Assembly: GCA_015523295.1 (NCBI GenBank)
Contig: WAKQ01000011.1
Coordinates: forward strand, 934-64,933
Reading direction: 5' to 3'
DNA from: Desulfurococcales archaeon
GTDB taxonomy: Archaea; Thermoproteota; Thermoprotei_A; Sulfolobales; NBVN01
Length of the DNA stretch: 64,000 nt
In this document: piece after piece, positions 45,497-54,526 of the stretch
How the letters are laid out: each line of letters starts with the position of its first letter
How positions within the stretch are numbered: the stretch's first letter is position 1
Translations under genes and position numbers: made by a program
The notes under the pieces: generated by a model
Database searches by the model: none
What the model was told of the DNA's origin: nothing
Seen by the model: only the letters and a program-made list of their open reading frames with translations

Positions 45497-46960
45497 ATGT
45501 CAAGTAGGGAAAGTAAATGGAGTTCATGGATGAAGTCGATGATGGAATGGAATAGGGAGCTAATGTCCTACACTAGTGGAAAGGTAGGATTGGCTCTCTT
45601 CATATTCTTTATAGTAATGTCTATCTATGCCTTGATGGTGATGCCACCTAATTATAAATATGCTTGGAACGATCCTAAGCACTGGCAGGGCTATCCGCAG
45701 CTGGCTCCTCCCTCTTGGGTCAGGATGCTAGGTTATCAGAACGCTGCTCATGAATCTCAAACCTTTACTGCACCGACGTCCGTGATCGTTAGATCTGGAT
45801 ATAAGGTATACACTTTTAGTATGCTATATAACTTAGATGTCAAGGACTATCCCCAAGATATTGTAGTGGCTATTCAAGGGCTTAAGGTCTATAGGATGGG
45901 TAATCGCACAATACCTGTGCTTATCCAGGTCGATGTGCGACGTCCTGACGGTAAGGTTCTAGCAGCAGTTAAGTATGTTGAATACTTTAACAATGTTAAT
46001 GGGACTAAGGCTTACGTCAAACTGCCTTTAACTAGGAGTGCAGATAGAAACTTAATAATTGATGAGGTTGAAAGCAAGATACTCAACACTTCAAATGTGT
46101 TGCTGAAGACCCCTATAGCGGTTTCTTACCTGTTCTCCTCGTTTAAGATACTCAGTAATAATTCCGTATTATTCCAGCCTCTAGAAGGTCCATACGTAAT
46201 ATCACTTAATTTCTACTATCCTGTTAACACACCTTACGTCTCTCCCGTAGATAAGGCTACCTTAACTGTTGTGGGTGACTGTTACGGTCTGATGGGAACT
46301 GATAATATAGGCAGAGATCTTGCTCAAGGCCTCCTCTATGGTTTCCCTATAGCACTCGCTATAGGATTCGGCACCGCGCTAGCCTCAACGTTTATAGGGC
46401 TTCTGGTCGGTGCTGTGAGCGCATATTACGGAGGATGGGTAGATGAGTCTCTGCAGAGGCTAGTCGACATCATAGGTAATGTTCCATTGCTACCTTTCCT
46501 AATTTTACTCGTTGATATAACGCCGGTAGGTGAGAGGCTTCAAATGATAATGTTAGTCCTAGTGATTTTCGGATGGGGTGGGCTAGCAATAGTAATTAGG
46601 TCCATGGGACTGAGTATTAAAGAAGAGCCATATATAGATGCAGCAAAAGCAATAGGGTTGAGTAATGCGAAGATTATATTTAAGCACCTCATACCCCAGG
46701 TAATGCCATATGTGGTTGCCTCGCTGGTCTTCTCAGTGCCTGGCGCCATACTATCTGAGGCGGGTCTGAGTGTCTTGGGGTTGGAACACGGGTGGCCTAC
46801 GTGGGGGAGGATACTTGCTGATGCAAGGATGGCAGGAAGATATGATATCTGGTGGTGGATCTTACCACCAGGCTTCCTCCTAGCATTAACCTCCCTCACC
46901 TTTGTTCTGTTAGGGATGGCCATAGAAACTATTGTAGAACCTAGGCTAAGAACTCTATAA
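45497..46960 (+). CDS. ABC transporter permease (OppC/DppC-like) with about 230-aa extracytoplasmic insertion after TM1
   Basis: The C-terminal 220 aa are OppC-like (GTDNIGRDL, IDAAKAIGLSNAKIIFKHLIPQV). A long non-hydrophobic segment lies between TM1 and the core. Confidence 0.85.
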   Translation: MSSRESKWSSWMKSMMEWNRELMSYTSGKVGLALFIFFIVMSIYALMVMPPNYKYAWNDPKHWQGYPQLAPPSWVRMLGYQNAAHESQTFTAPTSVIVRSGYKVYTFSMLYNLDVKDYPQDIVVAIQGLKVYRMGNRTIPVLIQVDVRRPDGKVLAAVKYVEYFNNVNGTKAYVKLPLTRSADRNLIIDEVESKILNTSNVLLKTPIAVSYLFSSFKILSNNSVLFQPLEGPYVISLNFYYPVNTPYVSPVDKATLTVVGDCYGLMGTDNIGRDLAQGLLYGFPIALAIGFGTALASTFIGLLVGAVSAYYGGWVDESLQRLVDIIGNVPLLPFLILLVDITPVGERLQMIMLVLVIFGWGGLAIVIRSMGLSIKEEPYIDAAKAIGLSNAKIIFKHLIPQVMPYVVASLVFSVPGAILSEAGLSVLGLEHGWPTWGRILADARMAGRYDIWWWILPPGFLLALTSLTFVLLGMAIETIVEPRLRTL

Positions 46961-47001
46961 GGTGTGAAGGATTGACGGAAAATATCAATAAAACATATGA
47001 A

Positions 47002-47008
47002 TTTTTTT
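47002..47008 (+). terminator. T7 tract between the permease and ATPase genes (possible internal attenuator)
   Basis: TTTTTTT lies 42 nt after the permease stop and 32 nt before the ATPase ORF start. Confidence 0.25.
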
Positions 47009-47039
47009 ATCCTGTCCAAAATATGTTCCTAGTTAAGGA

Positions 47040-48017
47040 GTGTGGGAGGACATGGCCCTGCTAGAAGTCAAGGACTTGAAAACTTACTACTACACCCTCT
47101 CAGGAATAGTTAAGGCGGTTGATAACGTCTCCTTCTCGCTGGAGAAGGGGGAGGTTTTAGGAATTGCAGGCGAGTCAGGTTGTGGAAAATCTACTCTCGC
47201 GTGGTCACTCCTTAAGCTCGTGCCTCCTCCAGGCAGAATAGCGGGTGGGAAAATATTAGTGAAGGATAATGACCTCACTAAAATGAGTGATGATGAAGTA
47301 CGAAGCAAGATTAGATGGAAGACTATCAGCATGATTTTCCAAGGAGCCATGAACTCTCTTCACCCGATGTATAATGTAGGAGAGCAACTCGTTGAGGCAC
47401 TCAGATATCATTCGAGCGGCGAATTCGATGAAGAAGCTGCTCTTAATAAAGCGGCTGAACTCCTTGAGGACGTAGGATTAAGTAAGGACATGTTAAGGAG
47501 ATATCCTCATGAATTAAGCGGTGGGCAAAAACAACGTGTAGTGATTGCTATGTCCTTAATGGCGGATCCTGAGATAGTCATAGCTGATGAGCCTACTACT
47601 GCACTTGACGTCATCGTTCAAGCGCAAATACTTAATCTATTCAAAAAGCTCAGGAAGGAAAAGGATCTTTCAATGATCTTTATAACGCATGACCTTAGCG
47701 TGATTGCCGAGGTTTCCGACAAGGTTGCAATAATGTATGCTGGGAAAATCGTTGAGTACGGCACTTCAGAGCAGGTCTTCCTTAACCCCTTACACCCTTA
47801 CACGCAAGGATTGCTTAAGTCTATTCCGAAAATACGCTCTAAGGAAAAAATAGAGTGGATTCCCGGGGTACCGCCGGGTCTAGCTAACCCACCTCCGGGT
47901 TGTAGGTTCCATCCGAGGTGTCCTTACGCTATGGATGTTTGTAGGAGGGAGGAGCCCCCGATGATTGAGGTTGAGCCAGGCCATTACGTGGCCTGCTGGC
48001 TACACAGCAAGAGGTGA
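47040..48017 (+). CDS. ABC transporter ATP-binding protein (OppD/DppD-like)
   Basis: Walker A GESGCGKST, signature LSGGQKQR, Walker B IVIADEPTTALD, and a C-terminal Cys-rich oligopeptide-type tail GCRFHPRCPYAMDVC. ATG 47052 is a likely start. Confidence 0.9.
   Translation: MWEDMALLEVKDLKTYYYTLSGIVKAVDNVSFSLEKGEVLGIAGESGCGKSTLAWSLLKLVPPPGRIAGGKILVKDNDLTKMSDDEVRSKIRWKTISMIFQGAMNSLHPMYNVGEQLVEALRYHSSGEFDEEAALNKAAELLEDVGLSKDMLRRYPHELSGGQKQRVVIAMSLMADPEIVIADEPTTALDVIVQAQILNLFKKLRKEKDLSMIFITHDLSVIAEVSDKVAIMYAGKIVEYGTSEQVFLNPLHPYTQGLLKSIPKIRSKEKIEWIPGVPPGLANPPPGCRFHPRCPYAMDVCRREEPPMIEVEPGHYVACWLHSKR
47891..48011 (+). repeat. 121-bp perfect direct repeat, copy 1 (3' end of the first ATPase gene)
   Basis: Identical base-for-base to 48961-49081 in my reading. 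The flanking bases differ on both sides. Confidence 0.9.
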
Positions 48018-49087
48018 TTTGGTTGGTGAATGGGGAGATAATACTTAAGGCTAAAGGGTTGAAGAAGTATTTCGGGATAAGGAGATCGATAAGTGAGGTT
48101 CTCGCTAGGAAGCCACCCAGATATGTGAAAGCGGTTGATGGAATAGACTTCGATATAAGGGTTGGTGAAGTTTTCTGCCTCGTTGGTGAGTCTGGTTGCG
48201 GTAAGACTACTACTGGTAGGATGATAGCTAGGCTTCTCCCTCCAACGGAAGGAAGCCTACTATATAAGCCTACTAGAGAGACCTTGAACAAGATACCTCC
48301 AGGATATGCGGATAAGGACGGGTATGTAGACCTCTCTAGAAAACTGCCTAAGAAGTTGGATAAGCTATTAAGGCAGGAAATTCAAATAGTTTTCCAAGAT
48401 CCCTTCGGATCTCTTAACCCAAGAATGACCGTATATAACATCTTGAAGGAACCCTTAATTGTTCATAATATAGGCAGCACAGAAAGTGAAAGAAGGGAAA
48501 TAATCTATAGAGCGTTGACGGAAGTTAAGCTGACGCCTCCAGAGCAATTCTTTGAAAGATATCCTCACATGCTATCAGGAGGTCAAAGGCAGAGAGTAGC
48601 AATAGCAAGAGCTATGATTTTAAGGCCTACCCTAGTAGTAGCTGATGAACCTGTGAGCATGCTTGACGTATCAATAAGGGCGGAAATCCTGCAGTTAATG
48701 CTCGATATGCAGAAAGGAAGGAACCTCTCATACGTGTTTATAACGCATGACTTAGCGGTTGCAAATTACTTATGTTCTAGAATAGCCGTAATGTATCTGG
48801 GCAAAATAGTTGAGATAGGCCCTACAGACTTAGTGATTAATAATCCAATGCATCCATATACGAAAGCCCTAATAGCTGCAGTGCCAGAACCAGATCCTAA
48901 GAACAGGTTTAAGATAAGGGAAGTTCCCATTAAGGGCGAGGTTCCATCAGCAGCGAATATACCTCCGGGTTGTAGGTTCCATCCGAGGTGTCCTTACGCT
49001 ATGGATGTTTGTAGGAGGGAGGAGCCCCCGATGATTGAGGTTGAGCCAGGCCATTACGTGGCCTGCTGGCTACACAGCAAGCACTAG
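48014..49087 (+). CDS. ABC transporter ATP-binding protein (OppF/DppF-like)
   Basis: Walker A GESGCGKTT, signature LSGGQRQR and Walker B LVVADEPVSMLD. It has the same C-terminal tail as the preceding ATPase. Confidence 0.9.
   Translation: MIWLVNGEIILKAKGLKKYFGIRRSISEVLARKPPRYVKAVDGIDFDIRVGEVFCLVGESGCGKTTTGRMIARLLPPTEGSLLYKPTRETLNKIPPGYADKDGYVDLSRKLPKKLDKLLRQEIQIVFQDPFGSLNPRMTVYNILKEPLIVHNIGSTESERREIIYRALTEVKLTPPEQFFERYPHMLSGGQRQRVAIARAMILRPTLVVADEPVSMLDVSIRAEILQLMLDMQKGRNLSYVFITHDLAVANYLCSRIAVMYLGKIVEIGPTDLVINNPMHPYTKALIAAVPEPDPKNRFKIREVPIKGEVPSAANIPPGCRFHPRCPYAMDVCRREEPPMIEVEPGHYVACWLHSKH
48961..49081 (+). repeat. 121-bp perfect direct repeat, copy 2 (3' end of the second ATPase gene)
   Basis: Identical to 47891-48011. 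Confidence 0.9.
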
Positions 49088-49172
49088 GACAGCAAGGTAA
49101 AGGCAATCTTTTTCCACTGTTTCCTAATCCATAAAAAGAGCAGGTTGAAATTCTAAGGGAGATGATAATATT

Positions 49173-50237
49173 ATGGATAGGCCTGAAGGTAAGACAGGCA
49201 TAATAGGATGGGGGGTTTATATACCGAGATATAGGTTGAAGGCCTCCGATATAGCCAAGTTATGGGGCTTCGACCCTACCACTCCTTCGTCACTCGGTAT
49301 TCATGAAAAAGCTGTTGCCGCTGTAGATGAGGATTCGATAACTATGGGATGGTATGCGGCATCCTCCGCCATTAAAAGAGCAGGCATTAAACCAGAGAAA
49401 ATAGAGGCTGTGTTCGTTGGAAGCGAGTCAAAGCCATACGCTGTTAAACCTTCTGGGACAGTAATAGGTGACGCCTTGGGTGTGTCAAGAAAGCGGCTAA
49501 CAACGGATCTTGAGTTCGCCTGCAGGGCAGGAAGCGAAGCTGTGAGACTGGTTGTCTCCTTAGTTTCAAGTGGTACGATAGGGTATGGGTTAGCTATAGG
49601 CTCCGATACGGCTCAAGCCAATCCGGGAGATGTGCTTGAATTTACTGCATCCTCAGGCGCTGCAGCTTTTGTTATTGGACCTGCCGAGGATGCGGCAGCA
49701 CGTTTCGAAGCTGTCGTAACCTATGTAACGGATACGCCTGACTTCTGGAGACGTGAAGGATCGAAATATCCTATGCATGGAGAAGGATTCACTGGAGAGC
49801 CGGCATACTTTCACCACATCACATCCTCAGTGAACCTCCTGATGGAGGAAACGGGTTTAAGACCTGAAGATTTTGATTACGCGGTCTTCCATCAACCCAA
49901 TGGGAAATATCCTTTAAGGGTAGCGTCAAAACTAGGGATCCCTAAGGAAAAAGTACTACCGGGTCTAGTAACTCCTTGGATAGGGAACACATATAATGCC
50001 TCAGCCCTCATAGGTCTCTCTAAAGTCTTGGAAGAGGCTAAACCAGGGCAGAGAATACTTGTAGCCCCCTTTGGCAGTGGTGCTGGGAGCGATGCAATGA
50101 GTTTAATAGTTACCGATAAAGCAAGTGCTAGAGTTAATGAAGCACCAACAGTTGAAGACTTCCTCTCACGGAAGACGTACATTGATTATGCTGAATATGC
50201 TAAATCGAGGCACATAATATGGAGGAATTGGGGGTGA
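49173..50237 (+). CDS. Hydroxymethylglutaryl-CoA synthase (archaeal type)
   Basis: Thiolase-fold protein with N-terminus GIIGWGVYIPRYRL, plus GSESKPYAVKP and FHQPNGKYP. It is followed by thiolase and DUF35, the known archaeal trio. Confidence 0.85.
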   Translation: MDRPEGKTGIIGWGVYIPRYRLKASDIAKLWGFDPTTPSSLGIHEKAVAAVDEDSITMGWYAASSAIKRAGIKPEKIEAVFVGSESKPYAVKPSGTVIGDALGVSRKRLTTDLEFACRAGSEAVRLVVSLVSSGTIGYGLAIGSDTAQANPGDVLEFTASSGAAAFVIGPAEDAAARFEAVVTYVTDTPDFWRREGSKYPMHGEGFTGEPAYFHHITSSVNLLMEETGLRPEDFDYAVFHQPNGKYPLRVASKLGIPKEKVLPGLVTPWIGNTYNASALIGLSKVLEEAKPGQRILVAPFGSGAGSDAMSLIVTDKASARVNEAPTVEDFLSRKTYIDYAEYAKSRHIIWRNWG

Positions 50238-50241
50238 AAAC

Positions 50242-51369
50242 ATGGGTAAGGTATTCGTTGCAGGAGTTGGGATGACCAAAGTAGGGAGGATCTTCAATAA
50301 AGGCTATAAGGAGCTGGCGATGGAGGCAGTAGATAAGGCTCTTAATGATGCAGGCATTGCAGTAAGCGAAGTAGACTACTTAGTGGTCTCATCTGCGTTT
50401 TCAGACTCCCTTCTTAATCAGGTAGATATATCTTCAATCCTTGCACAGGAAATGGGAATTGACGTACCTGCTATAAGTGTTAATACTGGTGAGTCATCGG
50501 GTGTTGCAGCACTGGAAGCAGCCCTAAACGCTGTAAGAGCTGGCAAATCAAATACGGCATTGATTATAGGTGTTGAGAAACTCAGCGAGTTTCCGTCAGC
50601 TAAAATCAATTCCTCATTTTCGCATGTACTAGATTATGAAATTGAAGGTATTCGCGGAATAGCCCCCATTAACTATGCTGCCCTTCTCTTGAAGGAGTAT
50701 ATGAAAAGATATGGGGTTAAGAGAGATGATATTTTCCAATGGGCAATAGAGATGCATAAGAGAGCTGAAAAGAACCCCTATGCGTATCTTAGATTTGCTT
50801 TAGACCTGGATAAAGCGAGAAACTCACAGGTTATCTCATCACCTCTCACCTTATATGATGTCGCCCCCTTAGCTGATGGAGCCGCAGCAGCAGTATTAGT
50901 TAACGAAGACCTTCAAACTACAATCCGAACGCAACCAGTGGAAATAGTTGCGACAGCCTCAGCGACAGCTCCGCCTATATACTTAAGGAATGACATGTTA
51001 GACATGTTGGCAACGAAGAAAGCTCTCGAAAGGTTGAGAACCACCGTTAAGTTCAAGATGGGTAAGGATATAGCGTTACAGGTTCATGACAGCTTCAGTA
51101 TATATGGATTTCTAGCTCTAGAAGAGCTTGGAGTTTGCGGTAGGGGCGAGGGAGTGAAAGCTATCGGTGATCTGCAATACCTTAATGTGGGAGGTGGATT
51201 AAAAGCTAGAGGGCATCCAGTAGGTGCTTCCTCGCTTTATGCGCTTGATGAAACGGTGCTGCTTATGAGGGATAGTTTCAGCGGCCTCCGTTATGATGGG
51301 GATGCGGCCCTCATCCACTCAATATCCGGTGCGGAGAACAATGCATGGCTGGCTCTTTTGAAGAGGTGA
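50242..51369 (+). CDS. Acetyl-CoA C-acetyltransferase (archaeal thiolase)
   Basis: VFVAGVGMTKVGR, GESSGVAAL and GHPVGASS are present in a thiolase-fold protein of 375 aa. Confidence 0.85.
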   Translation: MGKVFVAGVGMTKVGRIFNKGYKELAMEAVDKALNDAGIAVSEVDYLVVSSAFSDSLLNQVDISSILAQEMGIDVPAISVNTGESSGVAALEAALNAVRAGKSNTALIIGVEKLSEFPSAKINSSFSHVLDYEIEGIRGIAPINYAALLLKEYMKRYGVKRDDIFQWAIEMHKRAEKNPYAYLRFALDLDKARNSQVISSPLTLYDVAPLADGAAAAVLVNEDLQTTIRTQPVEIVATASATAPPIYLRNDMLDMLATKKALERLRTTVKFKMGKDIALQVHDSFSIYGFLALEELGVCGRGEGVKAIGDLQYLNVGGGLKARGHPVGASSLYALDETVLLMRDSFSGLRYDGDAALIHSISGAENNAWLALLKR

Positions 51370-51374
51370 GAATA

Positions 51375-51776
51375 ATGAAAAACTCAATCTCTATATTCTG
51401 GAGGAAAAGAAGTGATTTCTACAAAATCAGACTAACTAAATGTTTAGAGTGTGGCAAGGTCTCCTTCCCCTCAAGGACTAAATGTCCCTACTGCGGGTCT
51501 AAGAATGTTAGAATTGTGGAGGCTTCTGGTAAAGGGACGCTTGTAAACTACACCGTGAGTTATTATAGAACAGAAGATAGCGATGAGCTTCAACCAAGGA
51601 TTATTGGTCTTGTTAAACTAGATGAAGGTGTGATAATACCAGCTGAAATAGTAGATGTTGACCCTGATAGCCTCAGGAAAGGATTACGTGTAGAGGCCGT
51701 GCTTCGAAGGCTGAAAAGCGATGACCCCTTTGGACTGATATATTATGGGTTAAAGTTTTCACCTGTTTTAAAATAA
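51375..51776 (+). CDS. DUF35 OB-fold/zinc-ribbon protein (scaffold of the thiolase/HMG-CoA synthase complex)
   Basis: Zn ribbon CLECGKVSFPSRTKCPYCGS followed by an OB-fold-like C-terminus. I set the start at ATG 51375. Confidence 0.8.
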   Translation: MKNSISIFWRKRSDFYKIRLTKCLECGKVSFPSRTKCPYCGSKNVRIVEASGKGTLVNYTVSYYRTEDSDELQPRIIGLVKLDEGVIIPAEIVDVDPDSLRKGLRVEAVLRRLKSDDPFGLIYYGLKFSPVLK

Positions 51777-51903
51777 GAATCTTTATTTTAAACAATCTTG
51801 CCAATGTTTAAAAATGCAAGGAGCAAAATAAAAAGGGTGTGGGAATACGGTTAACTATGAGAGGCTTCTTGCTGGAAGATCAGACCTTTTTAGAGCTTCA
51901 GAA

Positions 51904-53112
51904 GTGAGGGAGTTATTGAAGCTGACGGAGGGTAAGAAAATAATCAGTCTCGCTGGAGGGTTACCAGACCCTAGGGTCTTTCCTAAGGATGATCTCGCGG
52001 AGATAGCGAGTGAAGTAATCAAGGAGAAAGGGGATAGATCACTTCAATACTCGCCGACAATCGGGGTTAGTGATTTTAGGGAAGAGCTCCTTAAGTTCAT
52101 GCTAAGAAAAGGTGTCAAGGTAAATGATGACGATGATATCATAGTTGTCACAGGCTCTCAGCAGGCATTAGATCTAATTGCCAGGACGTTTATTGAAAAA
52201 GATGATGAAATAATTGTTGAGCTACCTACATACTTGGCAGCCTTAAACGCCTTTAGGCTTTCTAAGCCGGGGATAACTGCTATACCTATAGATGACGATG
52301 GTATGAGGATAGACCTTCTTGAAAGGGAGGTTAAGAGGCTTAAATGGCTTAGCAGGAGGATAAAGTTTATCTACGTTATCCCAGTGGCTCATAACCCTAC
52401 AGGAGTTACAATGACTCTAGAGCGGAAGAAAGAACTATTGGAGATAGCTAGCAAGTATGATTTAGTTATAATCGAAGATGATCCTTATTCATACTTTGTA
52501 TATGATGAAGGGGTTGACACAACGCCTTTAAAGACCCTGGATAGGGAGGGCAGAGTCGTCTACATGAGCACTTTTAGTAAGATATTAGCACCCGGGCTTA
52601 GAATAGGGTGGGTATTAGGAAATAGGTATGTGGTAAATGTTTTGGAAAGGGCGAAGCAAACAGCGGACCTGCATACACCTACATTAACTCAGTTCATAGC
52701 GATGGAGGCGCTCAAGAGAGGTGTGGTGGAGAAAGCCATCGAAAAGGCTAGACAGATATACAAGGTTAAAAGGGATGCTATGCTCAGGGCTCTTGATAAA
52801 TACATGGTTGAAGATGCATGGTGGCCTAAACCTGTAGGAGGGCTGTTTATAATGGTCTCTTTACCCTCATATGATATTGACACTAAGAAGATGTTGCCCG
52901 AAGCCATTAAGGCAGGAGTGGCTTACGTCCCTGGAGCTTCGTTCTACGCTAACGGTATGGGGTGGAATACTATGAGACTTAACTTTAGCTACCCCTCACC
53001 TGACGAGATAGAGCTAGGAGTTAAGATACTCTCAGAGATCATCGCTAAGAAGCTTACCGGAAAGAGGGTTAGGATAACGCCTATGAGCTTCTTTAAGCAA
53101 GAGAATATATAG
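51904..53112 (+). CDS. Class I/II PLP-dependent aminotransferase (2-aminoadipate/aromatic/kynurenine type)
   Basis: VRELLKL...ISLAGGLPDPRVFP, PLP-lysine context YMSTFSKILAPGLRIGW, and MRLNFSY near the C-terminus. See the finding about the missing N-terminal start. Confidence 0.8.
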   Translation: MRELLKLTEGKKIISLAGGLPDPRVFPKDDLAEIASEVIKEKGDRSLQYSPTIGVSDFREELLKFMLRKGVKVNDDDDIIVVTGSQQALDLIARTFIEKDDEIIVELPTYLAALNAFRLSKPGITAIPIDDDGMRIDLLEREVKRLKWLSRRIKFIYVIPVAHNPTGVTMTLERKKELLEIASKYDLVIIEDDPYSYFVYDEGVDTTPLKTLDREGRVVYMSTFSKILAPGLRIGWVLGNRYVVNVLERAKQTADLHTPTLTQFIAMEALKRGVVEKAIEKARQIYKVKRDAMLRALDKYMVEDAWWPKPVGGLFIMVSLPSYDIDTKKMLPEAIKAGVAYVPGASFYANGMGWNTMRLNFSYPSPDEIELGVKILSEIIAKKLTGKRVRITPMSFFKQENI

Positions 53113-53137
53113 GGGCTACTCCTAAGACTTTAAGGCT

Positions 53138-54022
53138 CTACGCTTTAAGTAGGATGACCCGAGGATAATACTTAAACAGGGGGATTACCTCCTCAATATT
53201 TTGTGTCACTGTTACATAGTTGTCTAATTCTTTTCTAGGCACTTTTTTAACAGATTTATAGCCGTCTCTTAAATTTCCGTATTTGCCTCTCACTATTTTT
53301 ACCTTGCTGGTGCTTAAGGGGATCACATGTATTATACTTGGAAAGTGAGGCGGTATGTATAAAATGCCGTGATGATTTAAATAAGATACCGAGTTGATGA
53401 TGTAGAAAGGATTATAGTCAGCAAGCGCGATTAAGTCATAATAATTATGCTTCACTTTTCGAATAGTAGACGTGTGAACTCCGGCGTCACTTAATTTTCT
53501 GGTAAGCTCTCCATCTTTACAGGCTACGGTAACGTCGGATATTTTCATGAGGTTTAATGCCATAATAAGTGACGTGAAACTACATCCAAGTATTAGACAC
53601 TTAAAGTCAGGTTCTGTGTATTTCATTAGATCTTTAATGAATGAAAATTCTATATAAAGTGGATTAAAAATTGGATTCTCTTCTAGGTCTTTTACCTCTG
53701 TTAAGCATTCTGAAGGGATTGTAGCGTACTCAGCCATTAAGCCATCAGTAGTTAATCCGATCAGCTGATTGCCACACTTAGCCTTAACTCCGTAAACTTC
53801 ACCGCTGTGTGCTGATGAGTTCACCCCTTCCTCAATTACACGGATCACCCCGAAGGTACCTATCACCCGCCTTTCCAGCAGAGGGAGTAGCCCGTTAATC
53901 AATGCTCTATCAATTGATGATATCATTGCAGTCTGAACCTTCCCAAGCACCCACCCTTCTGGGATCGGTGGAGGCGGGATACTGGAAAGTGTAAGGTCTC
54001 CATCGAAGACAATGGCCCGCAT
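53138..54022 (-). CDS. Medium-chain dehydrogenase/reductase-like protein, degenerate (no obvious Zn ligands or GxGxxG)
   Basis: The N-terminus MRAIVFDGDLTLSSIPPPPIPEGWVLGKV is a GroES-like ADH start. The expected cofactor-binding GxGxxG position reads ILGCSFTS. Confidence 0.4.
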   Translation of the reverse strand: MRAIVFDGDLTLSSIPPPPIPEGWVLGKVQTAMISSIDRALINGLLPLLERRVIGTFGVIRVIEEGVNSSAHSGEVYGVKAKCGNQLIGLTTDGLMAEYATIPSECLTEVKDLEENPIFNPLYIEFSFIKDLMKYTEPDFKCLILGCSFTSLIMALNLMKISDVTVACKDGELTRKLSDAGVHTSTIRKVKHNYYDLIALADYNPFYIINSVSYLNHHGILYIPPHFPSIIHVIPLSTSKVKIVRGKYGNLRDGYKSVKKVPRKELDNYVTVTQNIEEVIPLFKYYPRVILLKA

Positions 54023-54052
54023 ATTTCCTTATACCCCGGCCGATATTTAATA

Positions 54053-54463
54053 ATGTATCTAAAAACGCTTAAAGCATTTATTATAGGGATGTCCGCGTTG
54101 GTTAAAAAGCTATTTTTGTCTACCAGTAAAATAGTAGGAGACTATAAACCTCTTATAGAGTATCTCTCTTTGTTAGATAAGGAGGAAAGGGAGCGGGTTA
54201 TACCATCATCAAAAGACTTCGAGTTAATTGAGGGATTAGGGCGTGAACTTAGTAAGGGTAATTTGCAAGAGTTCATGGAGAAGCTAATGAATGTAAAGGA
54301 ACCCTTAATTAAAGAAGATATCGCTATGAGAGCAGTGGAGAAAGCATGGAAAATAAGGGTGGATAAGGAGGTAGCAGTTAGGGAAATAAGCAAAGAACTT
54401 GCAGGATGGGCATTGGAAATCGCTGAAAGACTCAATATCGTTAAAATAAAGCCAGGTAAATAA
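54053..54463 (+). CDS. Hypothetical protein (predicted all-helical)
   Basis: An ORF in AT-rich DNA. No family was recognised. Confidence 0.35.
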   Translation: MYLKTLKAFIIGMSALVKKLFLSTSKIVGDYKPLIEYLSLLDKEERERVIPSSKDFELIEGLGRELSKGNLQEFMEKLMNVKEPLIKEDIAMRAVEKAWKIRVDKEVAVREISKELAGWALEIAERLNIVKIKPGK

Positions 54464-54526
54464 AGGCCCAAGTAACTCACTCCTTATATTATTATGAAGC
54501 CGTAGACTTGATGTGGGTTCGAGAGG

